From Coprococcus eutactus (GTDB taxonomy: Bacteria; Bacteroidota; Bacteroidia; Bacteroidales; UBA932), in assembly GCA_963615835.1 (NCBI GenBank), contig CAVEIF010000001.1, positions 7,466 to 71,465 of the forward strand: DNA of 64,000 nt, in the 5' to 3' direction. The notes beneath the pieces were generated by a model. It had not been told where the DNA came from, ran no database searches, and saw nothing but the letters and a program-made list of their open reading frames with translations. The translations under genes were made by a program, and so were the position numbers. This document shows positions 27,633 to 36,660 of the stretch, piece after piece (position 1 is the stretch's first letter; each line of letters opens with the position of its first letter).

Positions 27633-29360
27633 ATGCGCCCCATTGAACTTCTCGCTCCTGCGAGAAACGCTGATATCGGCATCGCGGCTATAGACTGCGG
27701 TGCCGATGCCGTATATATCGCAGGGCCGCAGTTCGGAGCCAGAAAGGACGCCGCCAATCCGGTCAGCGAGATAGAGCGTCTCTGCGACTATGCCTCCAAG
27801 TTCGGGGTGAGGGTGTTCGTTACGTTCAATATACTTCTTCGCGACGACGAACTCCCTCTGGTTCATTCTCAGATGCTTGAGTGTCAGGAAGCGGGAGCGT
27901 CCGCTTTTATCATAAGAGATCCCCGTCTCTGCCTTTTTCCCGACATAAAAGTGCCTTTGCATGCTTCTACGCAGTGCTCCATAAGGGACCTTTCGCGAGC
28001 TCGTCTTTTTCAGGAAGCGGGATGCGGAAGGGTGGTTCTGGAAAGGCAGCTTTCGCTTGAACAGATACGGCAGATTTCTTCGGGACTGGACTGTGAGGTG
28101 GAGTGCTTTGTTCATGGCGCTTTGTGCGTAGGCTATTCCGGAGGGTGCATCCTTTCGGAAAGTCTTACCGGAAGAAGTGCCGATCGCGGCGAGTGCGTAC
28201 AGGCCTGCCGTAATTTGTACGATCTGGCAGATGGTGAAGGGCATGTCCGGTTAAAAGACAAGGCTCTTCTTTCCCTGAAGGATCTTAATCTTTCGGAGGA
28301 CTTGTATTCCCTGCTTCAGGCCGGAGTGACATCCCTGAAGATAGAGGGGAGACTGAAGAACATCTCCTATGTGCGAAATGTCACCCGTCATTATTCTCTC
28401 CTTTTGGACGCAGTCATAGCGGAGCATAAGGAAGAGTACCGCAGAGCTTCATACGGACGTGTCATGGAGGGTTTTACTCCGTCTCTGGACAAGACTTTCA
28501 ACCGGTCTTATACGCGTCTTTGCCTTGAGAAGGACAAGTCTGAATGGGCCAATTTCGAAGCTCCCAAATCTATGGGTGAGATGCTTGCGGTGGTGAAGAA
28601 GGTTGAAAACAAAGGCATGCACGCGTCGGAAATCACGCTTGACAGAAAGGTGGAGGATCTGAGCAACGGCGACGGATTTGCCTTCATTGACAAAAGTCAG
28701 ATAGTAGGCTTCAGGGCTGATGTCTGTCATGACGGGAAGATAGTCTGCCGCGCTCCGAAGGGTCTTGTCCCGGGAGTGGTGCTTTACAGGAATCTTAACC
28801 GTTCTTTCGAAAAGCATGTCGAAGAGAATCCTTGTCGGAGGTATATACAGGTGGAGGTGCGCTATGGCGTAGAGAATGACGCCATAAAATTCTCTGCCGA
28901 GAGTGAAGACGGCAGAAGTGCGGAGGTGCTACTTGAAGCGGGGGAATGGGCTGTTAATGCAGAACGTGCCAAGGCCATGTATTACAGCCAGATAGGAAAA
29001 CATGTGGAGGAATATGCCTTTAAATTGGACGAAATGGCGGAGGACCTGCCTCTTGCGCATTTGAGTTCATCGCAGCTTAATTCGGTAAGAAGGGAGCTGG
29101 CACAAAGGCTTTCTGCCACGCCTTGTCGTGGGATGCAGATGTGCAATCCTCAGCCCCGACGTATGGTGAACTGTGATTCAGGTCGTCGCGACGGGGAGCT
29201 TCTTCGTTCGAAGTACTGCATAAGGGCGCAGATAGGGCAGTGCCTTAAGAAGGGCGGAAAGAAGGGAAAACTGTATCTTGTCAACAATGGCCGACGTTTC
29301 CCGCTTCTTTTTGACTGCGGCGCCTGCGAGATGGCAGTTCTTAGATCAGATCCGCGATGA
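27633..29360 (+). CDS. rlhA: U32 family protein with DUF3656 domain (RlhA-like 23S rRNA hydroxylation protein)
   Basis: 'ELLAPA', 'GADAVY', 'LHASTQ', 'FVHGALC..YSG.C', 'RGEC.QACR', 'KIEGRLK'; long C-terminal region. Confidence 0.7.
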   Translation: MRPIELLAPARNADIGIAAIDCGADAVYIAGPQFGARKDAANPVSEIERLCDYASKFGVRVFVTFNILLRDDELPLVHSQMLECQEAGASAFIIRDPRLCLFPDIKVPLHASTQCSIRDLSRARLFQEAGCGRVVLERQLSLEQIRQISSGLDCEVECFVHGALCVGYSGGCILSESLTGRSADRGECVQACRNLYDLADGEGHVRLKDKALLSLKDLNLSEDLYSLLQAGVTSLKIEGRLKNISYVRNVTRHYSLLLDAVIAEHKEEYRRASYGRVMEGFTPSLDKTFNRSYTRLCLEKDKSEWANFEAPKSMGEMLAVVKKVENKGMHASEITLDRKVEDLSNGDGFAFIDKSQIVGFRADVCHDGKIVCRAPKGLVPGVVLYRNLNRSFEKHVEENPCRRYIQVEVRYGVENDAIKFSAESEDGRSAEVLLEAGEWAVNAERAKAMYYSQIGKHVEEYAFKLDEMAEDLPLAHLSSSQLNSVRRELAQRLSATPCRGMQMCNPQPRRMVNCDSGRRDGELLRSKYCIRAQIGQCLKKGGKKGKLYLVNNGRRFPLLFDCGACEMAVLRSDPR

Positions 29361-30351
29361 TGCTGTCGGCGATGAACCATTTGTCTTCGGGGATGGAAAG
29401 GTGTTTTCCGTCTATAGTCACTCCTTCCTTGCGACGAAGGCCGAGCATAATGGTCTCTTCCCTTATCTCTGTCTCGCAGAGAATTTCACACTCGGAACTC
29501 CACTGCGTAAGAGAGTCCGAATTCCAGCTGCGTTTCTGCTGAGAGCCCTCTATCATAAAGGAGTGCGCACCTGGGCCAAGTCCTACGTAAGGCCGTCTTT
29601 CCCAATACGCGCTGTTATGTACGGCTCTATATCCCGGCCTGGCCCAGTTGGAGATTTCGTAATGCTCATATCCATAGGATTTCAGCGTGGAACATAGAAG
29701 GGCATACTCCTCCGCGCACGTCTGCTCGGAGGCTTCTTTATATTTCCCCTCTTTTATCTGTCCGGCGAGCGCCGAGCCTTCTTCTATGGAAAGCTGGTAC
29801 GCCGAAATATGCTCCGGCCCCCACGAAAGTATCCCGCGCAGAGTGTTTTCAAGGCTTTCCATGTTTTGTCCTCCGACTCCGAAGATAATATCCACGCTGA
29901 CGTTTTCCACTCCGCCGTCGCGAAGAATATCGTAGGCTCTTTTCGCCGTAAGCGAGTCGTGCCTTCTTCCCATCCACGACAGCACTTTGTCGTCAAGCGA
30001 CTGTACGCCCATGCTTATGCGGTTAACTCCCAGACTCTTAAGCCCACGCACGTAGTCGAGCCCCTTTTTATATATGTCGTCGGGGTTGACTTCCACAGTG
30101 AATTCCGTGAAGCCGCCTGACGGAAGCGCTTTCAGCACGTTTTCAAAAAAAGGAAGAGGCATCACCGACGGGGTGCCTCCTCCTATATATAAGGTATTTG
30201 TCCCGGCCGTGCCGAGAATCTGTTCTTCACGTCTTTTTATCTCTTCAAGAAGGTCTTTTTCATACGCTTTCTCTTTCCCGCACGCAATCTCGGAATAGAA
30301 ATCACAATAGACGCAGAAACTTTTGCAGAAGGGGACGTGAATGTATATCAT
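29341..30351 (-). CDS. hemW: Radical SAM heme chaperone HemW
   Basis: 'YIHVPFC..FC.YCDF', 'GGGTPS', 'YEISNW', 'HNSAYW' (HNxxYW). Confidence 0.9.
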   Translation of the reverse strand: MIYIHVPFCKSFCVYCDFYSEIACGKEKAYEKDLLEEIKRREEQILGTAGTNTLYIGGGTPSVMPLPFFENVLKALPSGGFTEFTVEVNPDDIYKKGLDYVRGLKSLGVNRISMGVQSLDDKVLSWMGRRHDSLTAKRAYDILRDGGVENVSVDIIFGVGGQNMESLENTLRGILSWGPEHISAYQLSIEEGSALAGQIKEGKYKEASEQTCAEEYALLCSTLKSYGYEHYEISNWARPGYRAVHNSAYWERRPYVGLGPGAHSFMIEGSQQKRSWNSDSLTQWSSECEILCETEIREETIMLGLRRKEGVTIDGKHLSIPEDKWFIADSIIADLI

Positions 30352-31256
30352 TATCTGAGCAGCAGTTCCACTGTTCCGAGCTGGGATTTATCCGTATAAA
30401 CGTCTATGTTATAGATACCCTTGGTGTATTCTTCGATATTGTTCACATAGATGATCATATCCACTTCGGCTCCGCGGTAATCCACTTCACGTGAGGCACT
30501 GGCGGCCACCACGTCTTTCCCTATCTTGAATGTGGCCCCTTCTCCGTCCAGAAGCAGATTCCCGTCCGGGTCCTTCACTCTGACATACACTTTCATAGGG
30601 CCTTTTTTGGCCAATTCATTCTCCACCAGAGAGAGGGACACGGCAAGTCTCTTGACTCGGCTGCTGCGGTCTGTAACCTTGTTGGAAGCATTGTATGCCT
30701 TTGCCGATATGCCGCGAGCTTTCACGATAGAGCCTGTGGCGACTTTGGAAGAAAGGTTCTCCACCTGTGCGTTAAGAGCCTTGTTCTCTCCTGTAGCCTT
30801 GGCCAATTCCTGGCGCGAAGTGGAGAGTTCGGCGGCAAGACGCTTGTTGGCCGTGTTAAGCGAGTCAATCTGAACTACATAACTTTTCATTATGCTGCGC
30901 AGTGTGCCGAGTTCTTTCTCGTATTGGCGCATCTTCTTACGGTTGGTCGCCTCGGTCTTCTTGATGCGGTCCACCAGGATGTTCACTTCCTCGCGTGAGG
31001 AGTCGAGCTGGCTGTTGATGAAGTCATAGTCCGACTGAAGATTGTCAAAGTCGGATTTGAGTACGGTAATGCGCTGTTCGAGGTCCTGTTTGTCCTGTTC
31101 CAGTTCTTTTACCATCTTATAGTCTTTAATGGCGACTATCGCCAGCGCGCAGGCGAGAACGCCTGTCAATACGGCCAGAATGGCGACAGTGGTCTTGGAG
31201 CCTTTTTTCTCGGCTCTTTCTCTTTCAATTCTTGCGATAGGATCTTCGTTCGGCAT
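30351..31256 (-). CDS. Hypothetical membrane-anchored coiled-coil protein
   Basis: Single N-terminal TM, long heptad region, beta-rich C-terminal domain. Confidence 0.7.
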   Translation of the reverse strand: MPNEDPIARIERERAEKKGSKTTVAILAVLTGVLACALAIVAIKDYKMVKELEQDKQDLEQRITVLKSDFDNLQSDYDFINSQLDSSREEVNILVDRIKKTEATNRKKMRQYEKELGTLRSIMKSYVVQIDSLNTANKRLAAELSTSRQELAKATGENKALNAQVENLSSKVATGSIVKARGISAKAYNASNKVTDRSSRVKRLAVSLSLVENELAKKGPMKVYVRVKDPDGNLLLDGEGATFKIGKDVVAASASREVDYRGAEVDMIIYVNNIEEYTKGIYNIDVYTDKSQLGTVELLLR

Positions 31257-31288
31257 GATTATATGTTTTTAATGTTTGCAAACCCGTG

Positions 31289-31317
31289 CAAAGGTACAAA
31301 TATTGTGCTTAAATTTG
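31289..31317. promoter_or_regulatory. Divergent pair of -7 promoter elements
   Basis: Minus strand TACCTTTG (31289-31296) and plus strand TAAATTTG (31310-31317) between divergent genes. Confidence 0.65.
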
Positions 31318-31349
31318 CCGCTGAAAAGAAAGTCCAAATAAAAAATATT

Positions 31350-31814
31350 ATGAAATACATTGTCCGCGCACTTAAATATTTTGTGCATCTTACTGTCCTG
31401 TTGGCTCTTCTTATCGTGATTCTGGCCCTTATGGGGCTTGTTCCCGGGGACATTGACCGCATCTTCATTAATGGAACTCAATCCATAGGACAAATGGCTT
31501 TGATAGTGGCTCTCTTCGCCATCGTTTATCCGAGGCTGGGGTACACTACCCGTAACGTATATATAAAGGGAAGCAGTGAAGAGATAGAGCCTCGTCTCGA
31601 CGGATTTATGCGTTCCCGTCATTATGTCCTTGTAAAAAAGGACGAGGATAAACTTCTTTATAGAAAATCTTCCGTACCGGAGCGCATTTTAAAGATGGGA
31701 GAGGATACCGTTACTTTCACCCGCGTGATAAACGGTTACGCGCTGGAGGGAAGCACTAAGGACGTGGTCAGACTGGACACCGGCCTAACGCAGTTCTTCG
31801 AGTCTGAGCAGTAG
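31350..31814 (+). CDS. Hypothetical membrane protein
   Basis: Start MKYIVRAL after an A-rich leader; two TM segments then a soluble domain. Confidence 0.65.
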   Translation: MKYIVRALKYFVHLTVLLALLIVILALMGLVPGDIDRIFINGTQSIGQMALIVALFAIVYPRLGYTTRNVYIKGSSEEIEPRLDGFMRSRHYVLVKKDEDKLLYRKSSVPERILKMGEDTVTFTRVINGYALEGSTKDVVRLDTGLTQFFESEQ

Positions 31815-32861
31815 CAGCTTTTCTTCCGTTTCCGTAGTAAGTGCGGCTTGAATGGGCACCATAAAGGTTCTTTCCTTAAGATAGGCGCTTACAAACGGGA
31901 GTGAACGAAGTCTCTGCGCATCCTTTTCGGTAGTGACCAGCGGACACGCCTTGGCTTTCCGGAGTTCTTTTTCTATTCCGGCCAATTCCTTTTTCCGGAA
32001 TACGTGATGGTCTGCGAATTCAAAGCTTTTCAGGACCTGGTAGTTTTGAAGCAGATGGTCGTGAAGCCGTCTGTCGTGGGCTATTCCGCTGAGATACATA
32101 ACTTTATGCGAGTAAATGTATCGAGGGTCCCCTTCAGGGAAGACCATTTCCGGTCTCAGATACTTGATCGTGGAAAAAAGCAGAATCTGTTTCTCTCCAT
32201 AGGGATTTTCTGCCTGACACTCGGAAGAGGAGTAGTCTGTAAGATGAATTTTGCGGGCGAATTCGCATTTTTCCTCTTCCGTGATATCTTCAGGACATTT
32301 GCTCACTATTATTATGTCCGCCTTGAAGATTCTTTCCGGCAGGTCGCGAAGTCTTCCGAAGGGGAGCAGTCGGTCGTCGAATACCGGTCGGCTGTAGTTT
32401 ACCAGCACTATGTTGAGGTCGGCCTTCAGTGAGCGGTGTTGGAAGGCATCGTCCAGAATTACGAGTTTTCCGCCCATTTCTTTCAGTTTCCCGCATCCTT
32501 CGGCCCTGTCCGCATCTACTGCCACTGTTCTTTCCGGGAATTTGCGCGCTATCTGCAGCGGTTCGTCTCCATAAGTGGCGCTGCTCCCGTCAGGGTCCAC
32601 CTTAAGAAATCCTTTGGTCCGTCTGCCATAGCCACGCGACAGCACACATACTCCTTTCCGGCTTTCAAGAAGACGCAGGAGCATCTCGGTGTGAGGGGTT
32701 TTTCCTGTCCCTCCCACTGTTACGTTGCCTATGCATACGGAAGGAATGGCGGAAGGTACACTCTTCTTTCTTCCTGTATCGAAGGCGTGATGTCTTAATC
32801 GTAGTGCAAGTCTATACAGCATATTTATCCTTAATCCCGTCCAATATGGAATATAACTCAT
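31785..32861 (-). CDS. lpxK: Tetraacyldisaccharide 4'-kinase
   Basis: 'IGNVTVGGTGKTP', 'LSRGYGR', 'GDEP', 'LDDAFQHR', 'TTEKDA'; start may be ATG 32822. Confidence 0.95.
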   Translation of the reverse strand: MSYIPYWTGLRINMLYRLALRLRHHAFDTGRKKSVPSAIPSVCIGNVTVGGTGKTPHTEMLLRLLESRKGVCVLSRGYGRRTKGFLKVDPDGSSATYGDEPLQIARKFPERTVAVDADRAEGCGKLKEMGGKLVILDDAFQHRSLKADLNIVLVNYSRPVFDDRLLPFGRLRDLPERIFKADIIIVSKCPEDITEEEKCEFARKIHLTDYSSSECQAENPYGEKQILLFSTIKYLRPEMVFPEGDPRYIYSHKVMYLSGIAHDRRLHDHLLQNYQVLKSFEFADHHVFRKKELAGIEKELRKAKACPLVTTEKDAQRLRSLPFVSAYLKERTFMVPIQAALTTETEEKLLLLRLEELR

Positions 32862-33810
32862 CGGAGTCCAATGTGGTTACCATTTTTATTCTGGTGTCCT
32901 TAAAGTCCGGCAGTCCCTTGAAATAGCAGGACAGATGCCGGCGCATTTCATATATTCCCCGTGGTTCTCCCTTTAATGACAGCGACAGCGACAGATGTCT
33001 TTTCGCCAGAGCTACCCTTTCGGCCACTCCCAATTCCGGCAGTTCTTCCCCCGTGTCCAGGAAATGCCGAATCTCCCTGAATATCCATGGATGTCCGAAA
33101 GTGGCTCTTCCTATCATAATGCCGTCCACTCCGTAGCGGCCAAAAGCTTCCGCAGCCTTATGAGCATCGGTTATGTCTCCGTTCCCTATGATGGGGATAT
33201 GCATTCGCGGATTGTTCTTTACGGCACCTATCAGTGTCCAGTCCGCCTCTCCCTTATAGAGTTGACAGCGGGTCCTGCCGTGAATGGTAAGGGCTTGTAT
33301 TCCTACATCCTGCAGCCTTTCCGCCAATTCGACTATAATCTTTGACCCTTCGTCCCAGCCAAGCCTCGTTTTTACGGTGACCGGCTTTTTTACGGCTTCC
33401 ACCACAGCCTTGGTGATGGCTACGAGTTTGTCCGGCTCGCGCATCATTCCGCTTCCTGCCCCGCGCCCCGCGATTTTAGTTACGGGACAGCCGAAATTGA
33501 TGTCTATGATATCTGCTCCGTGTCCGCCCGCTATCTCTTCCGCGTGGTCCGCCATCTTGGCGGCTTCCACCATGGACTCCAATATGTGTCCGTAAATCTG
33601 TATCCCCACGGGAGCCTCTTCTTCGAGAGTCCGCATTTTGGCTATGGCCTTGTCTGCATCGCGGATAAGACCGTCGCTCGGTACGAATTCGGTATATACG
33701 GCAGCCGCCCCCTGTTCTCTGCACAATATACGGAACGATGCGTCTGTAACATCTTCCATAGGTGCCAATAACAGAGGGCGGCTGCCCAGATCGATGTCTC
33801 CGATCTTCAT
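32812..33810 (-). CDS. dusB: tRNA-dihydrouridine synthase DusB
   Basis: 'LAPMEDVTD', 'DINFGCP', 'VTVKTRLGW', 'HGRT', 'GNGDI'. Confidence 0.93.
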   Translation of the reverse strand: MKIGDIDLGSRPLLLAPMEDVTDASFRILCREQGAAAVYTEFVPSDGLIRDADKAIAKMRTLEEEAPVGIQIYGHILESMVEAAKMADHAEEIAGGHGADIIDINFGCPVTKIAGRGAGSGMMREPDKLVAITKAVVEAVKKPVTVKTRLGWDEGSKIIVELAERLQDVGIQALTIHGRTRCQLYKGEADWTLIGAVKNNPRMHIPIIGNGDITDAHKAAEAFGRYGVDGIMIGRATFGHPWIFREIRHFLDTGEELPELGVAERVALAKRHLSLSLSLKGEPRGIYEMRRHLSCYFKGLPDFKDTRIKMVTTLDSDELYSILDGIKDKYAV

Positions 33811-33822
33811 CGGAAGCAGGGA

Positions 33823-34557
33823 TTAAAGAGCTGCGAGGATCTCCGGAGCCTGAATGAATGCGTTGATGGCTACAGAGATGAATGCCAATACTATAAGTGT
33901 GGCTACGATACAGCCTATGACTTTGAGTCTCTTAAGCCAGATGCCGTTGTTCCATCCTATGGTCTGGAACATGCTCCAGAATCCGTGTGTGAGGTGGAAC
34001 CAGAGAGCCACGAACCATATGATATAGAGAGCCAATACCCACCATTTGCAGAATACAAGGCTTAAAAGCAGGTAAGGGTTGTTCTCGAACGTGCCTATCC
34101 CCAAAAGTTCAGGAAGCTGCATTTTGGCCCAGAAATGAGTGAGGTGGAATACGATGAATCCCAAAATCACGATGCCGAGCACAAACATGTTCTTGGCTGA
34201 CCAAGAATCTGCGGCAGCCTTGGAAGGCACCTCGTAACGCTTAAATCCTCCACGTGCGGACACGTTCTTGGCGGTAAGCCAGCATCCCCAGATGATATGG
34301 ATAAGGAATCCGAGCGCGAGGATAGGGACCATGATGCTGATGACAGGTGTGGACATGAAGTCGCATCCCAGTTTGAACAGTCCGTCTCCGGCGGAGAATA
34401 GTTTCTCATCTGCGGCACATGCTCCGTATTTGCCGGTAAACGAATCGATTACGGAAAAGAAGTTTATGGTCGCATGTAGGAGCAAGAAAATAATAAGGAA
34501 CGCGCCGCTTATCGCCTGCACGAATTTCTTGCCGATGGAAGAATTAAGCATGAACAT
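33823..34557 (-). CDS. sdhC: Succinate dehydrogenase/fumarate reductase cytochrome b subunit
   Basis: 'SSIGKK...AISG.FL..FL..H', five TM helices with heme-ligand His residues, 'WFHLTHGFWSMFQT.G'. Confidence 0.9.
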   Translation of the reverse strand: MFMLNSSIGKKFVQAISGAFLIIFLLLHATINFFSVIDSFTGKYGACAADEKLFSAGDGLFKLGCDFMSTPVISIMVPILALGFLIHIIWGCWLTAKNVSARGGFKRYEVPSKAAADSWSAKNMFVLGIVILGFIVFHLTHFWAKMQLPELLGIGTFENNPYLLLSLVFCKWWVLALYIIWFVALWFHLTHGFWSMFQTIGWNNGIWLKRLKVIGCIVATLIVLAFISVAINAFIQAPEILAAL

Positions 34558-34592
34558 ATCTTTGTCTCTTTATTGTTTTCGAAAAAAGCGTA

Positions 34593-34600
34593 CAAATATA
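34593..34600 (-). promoter_or_regulatory. -7 promoter element (TATATTTG) for sdhC-dusB-lpxK
   Basis: TAnnTTTG match 36 nt upstream of the sdhC ATG. Confidence 0.65.
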
Positions 34601-34624
34601 ATTCAAATATTATAATTATCACAA

Positions 34625-36649
34625 TTACAGTTTCGTCATGAGCAGATTGGTATAGGTCTTGCCGCCGAGGTCGTGCTCTGAATAGCTTGACCCGTCGAAC
34701 AGCATGAACTTATACCCGTTGACAGGCATTTCGGAACCTTCCATTGCGCGCCAGTAAACATAGCCGTCGTCTCCGAACCCGAATTCAAGAGCCGATGTCT
34801 GTCCCCAGATGGCGGTGTATAGGTTGGATACGAAGCCGAACACTACTGTCATGTAGCTGAATGCTCCCAGATTTTGAGAGTAAATTCTGATGCAGTTCTG
34901 TTCAGGCAGGAAAGTGCCGGTGATGGCAGGCGAGTAGGACTTGTAGTTGCTCAGGCCCTTGATGGACACAGTGTTCTCGCCGGTTTTGATTATATCCACC
35001 CTGAATGCTTCATCAGTTGGGTTGTCATCGTCTTCGTTCGCTACGGAGGCGGACAGCAGGAAGGCTCCCAGGAAATCGTCCAAGGTTTTCTCGGCGTATT
35101 TCTCTGCGTGGGAGCGGAGCTTTACGTCCACCGTAAGAGTGTCCTTGTCGCCGTACCTGTTATAAACTTCAAGCGCCATACGATATTCCTCTCCTTCAGT
35201 AACCCCTGAATAATAAAGATGCATCCCCTCTTCGCTTTCAGCCTTCTGAATGTTCTCCGCGTCAAGCTCCTGTGCAAGACGGCTGCTGAAAAGGTAGTCC
35301 CAACCATAATATCCGGCATATCCTATGAAGGCGTCTTTCGCCATCATGACATATTTCAGCTTGCTTACGTTTTCAGTCTTGAGAACCCACGAGATGGTCG
35401 TGTAAGGGTCTTCTTCGGAAGGAGTCAACTCCATGTTGACTATCTTCGCCGCGAGACTTCCGTCAGGGTCATAGGTGAAACGAAGCGCTATGACCTCGCC
35501 CGGTGTGCCTTCTGCGTCGAAAGGGACGGCGATAAGCGTGTTCAGAGGTGTTTCCGGAGTCCATGTGTGCGTAGTCTCGCTGAATGAGGTGATATTTTCA
35601 GCTGTGCCGAGACAGATCTCCTTATAGAGCTTTTGAATCCTGGTATTGTCATCCGTTAAGTCTCCCTCGACCACTATCGCCTTGCATACATTGACGTAGG
35701 CGTTGTATTCGAATTCGAATACTCCCGCACCTTTGTATGTCGCCGTCACTGTAGGGTCCGTGTCGTGGTCGTCGGCGAACACTATCTTCTCGGTACCCAG
35801 TCCATAGTATCCTGTGGAACCGTAATATATGAGGTTGAGGGTGAAGGTCTTCTTCCCGTCCCACGTACATGGGTATGAGCTGTAGAGACTGCTGTTGCCC
35901 AGGTATTGCGCTATGTCGGCCACATAGCAGTATTCTCCGGCGGATTCTATGTAATATCCTGTGGATTGGCCCGGAACAACTACGGTTTTCTTGGACCAGT
36001 CCACCTTGAACATGAAATACGCCCCGGACGCCCAATCCACAAGCCGGAATATGTTGTCCGTCTCCTTTGCCACCTCCACGAGTATGTCAGGCTGCACTCC
36101 CTGATAGAGTATGCCGTCGTAGTAGTATGTGGCGGTCTGCTGAACCTGTTCTCCGTCTTCGGTAGTTCTCATATAAGGCTCCCATTCGAGGGCGAAAGAT
36201 GCGCTCACTTGAAGGAAATCGCTGTATTGGCCTATATAGGCAGGGTTGTCTCCGAGCTCGGCGTCGCGTCCCACTATGGCCAGGGACAGTTCGACGGTGG
36301 AGCCCAGCACTACACTTTCCATATTCACGCGGATAGGGATGTCCACGCTGTATTGTCCGTCCGGAATGACCACTGTGTCCCTGAGTTCGAACAGCGATGC
36401 GTCTTTGCCGGACTTCTGGAGCACGACTTTGTATGTGCCTTTGTTTCCGTGGCGGGCCAGGGTGGCTGCTATCGTGCCTTCTTTCGTCCCGCGCGGGAAT
36501 TCCTTGGACATACTGCTCTGGATGAAGTGTATTTCCTTGTTGTCATCGTCATTGGATGAAGCTGTTACGCCCAGCTGCTCCTGTGAGCATGATGCGAGGG
36601 CGAGTGATGCCAATGCGAGGTATGATATGATTCTGATATGTCGTTTCAT
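34625..36649 (-). CDS. Multi-domain surface lipoprotein in the SusE-like position
   Basis: Lipobox LASC; beta-rich domains; immediately downstream of susD; alternative start 36661. Confidence 0.75.
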   Translation of the reverse strand: MKRHIRIISYLALASLALASCSQEQLGVTASSNDDDNKEIHFIQSSMSKEFPRGTKEGTIAATLARHGNKGTYKVVLQKSGKDASLFELRDTVVIPDGQYSVDIPIRVNMESVVLGSTVELSLAIVGRDAELGDNPAYIGQYSDFLQVSASFALEWEPYMRTTEDGEQVQQTATYYYDGILYQGVQPDILVEVAKETDNIFRLVDWASGAYFMFKVDWSKKTVVVPGQSTGYYIESAGEYCYVADIAQYLGNSSLYSSYPCTWDGKKTFTLNLIYYGSTGYYGLGTEKIVFADDHDTDPTVTATYKGAGVFEFEYNAYVNVCKAIVVEGDLTDDNTRIQKLYKEICLGTAENITSFSETTHTWTPETPLNTLIAVPFDAEGTPGEVIALRFTYDPDGSLAAKIVNMELTPSEEDPYTTISWVLKTENVSKLKYVMMAKDAFIGYAGYYGWDYLFSSRLAQELDAENIQKAESEEGMHLYYSGVTEGEEYRMALEVYNRYGDKDTLTVDVKLRSHAEKYAEKTLDDFLGAFLLSASVANEDDDNPTDEAFRVDIIKTGENTVSIKGLSNYKSYSPAITGTFLPEQNCIRIYSQNLGAFSYMTVVFGFVSNLYTAIWGQTSALEFGFGDDGYVYWRAMEGSEMPVNGYKFMLFDGSSYSEHDLGGKTYTNLLMTKL

Positions 36650-36660
36650 CGGAATATGCA

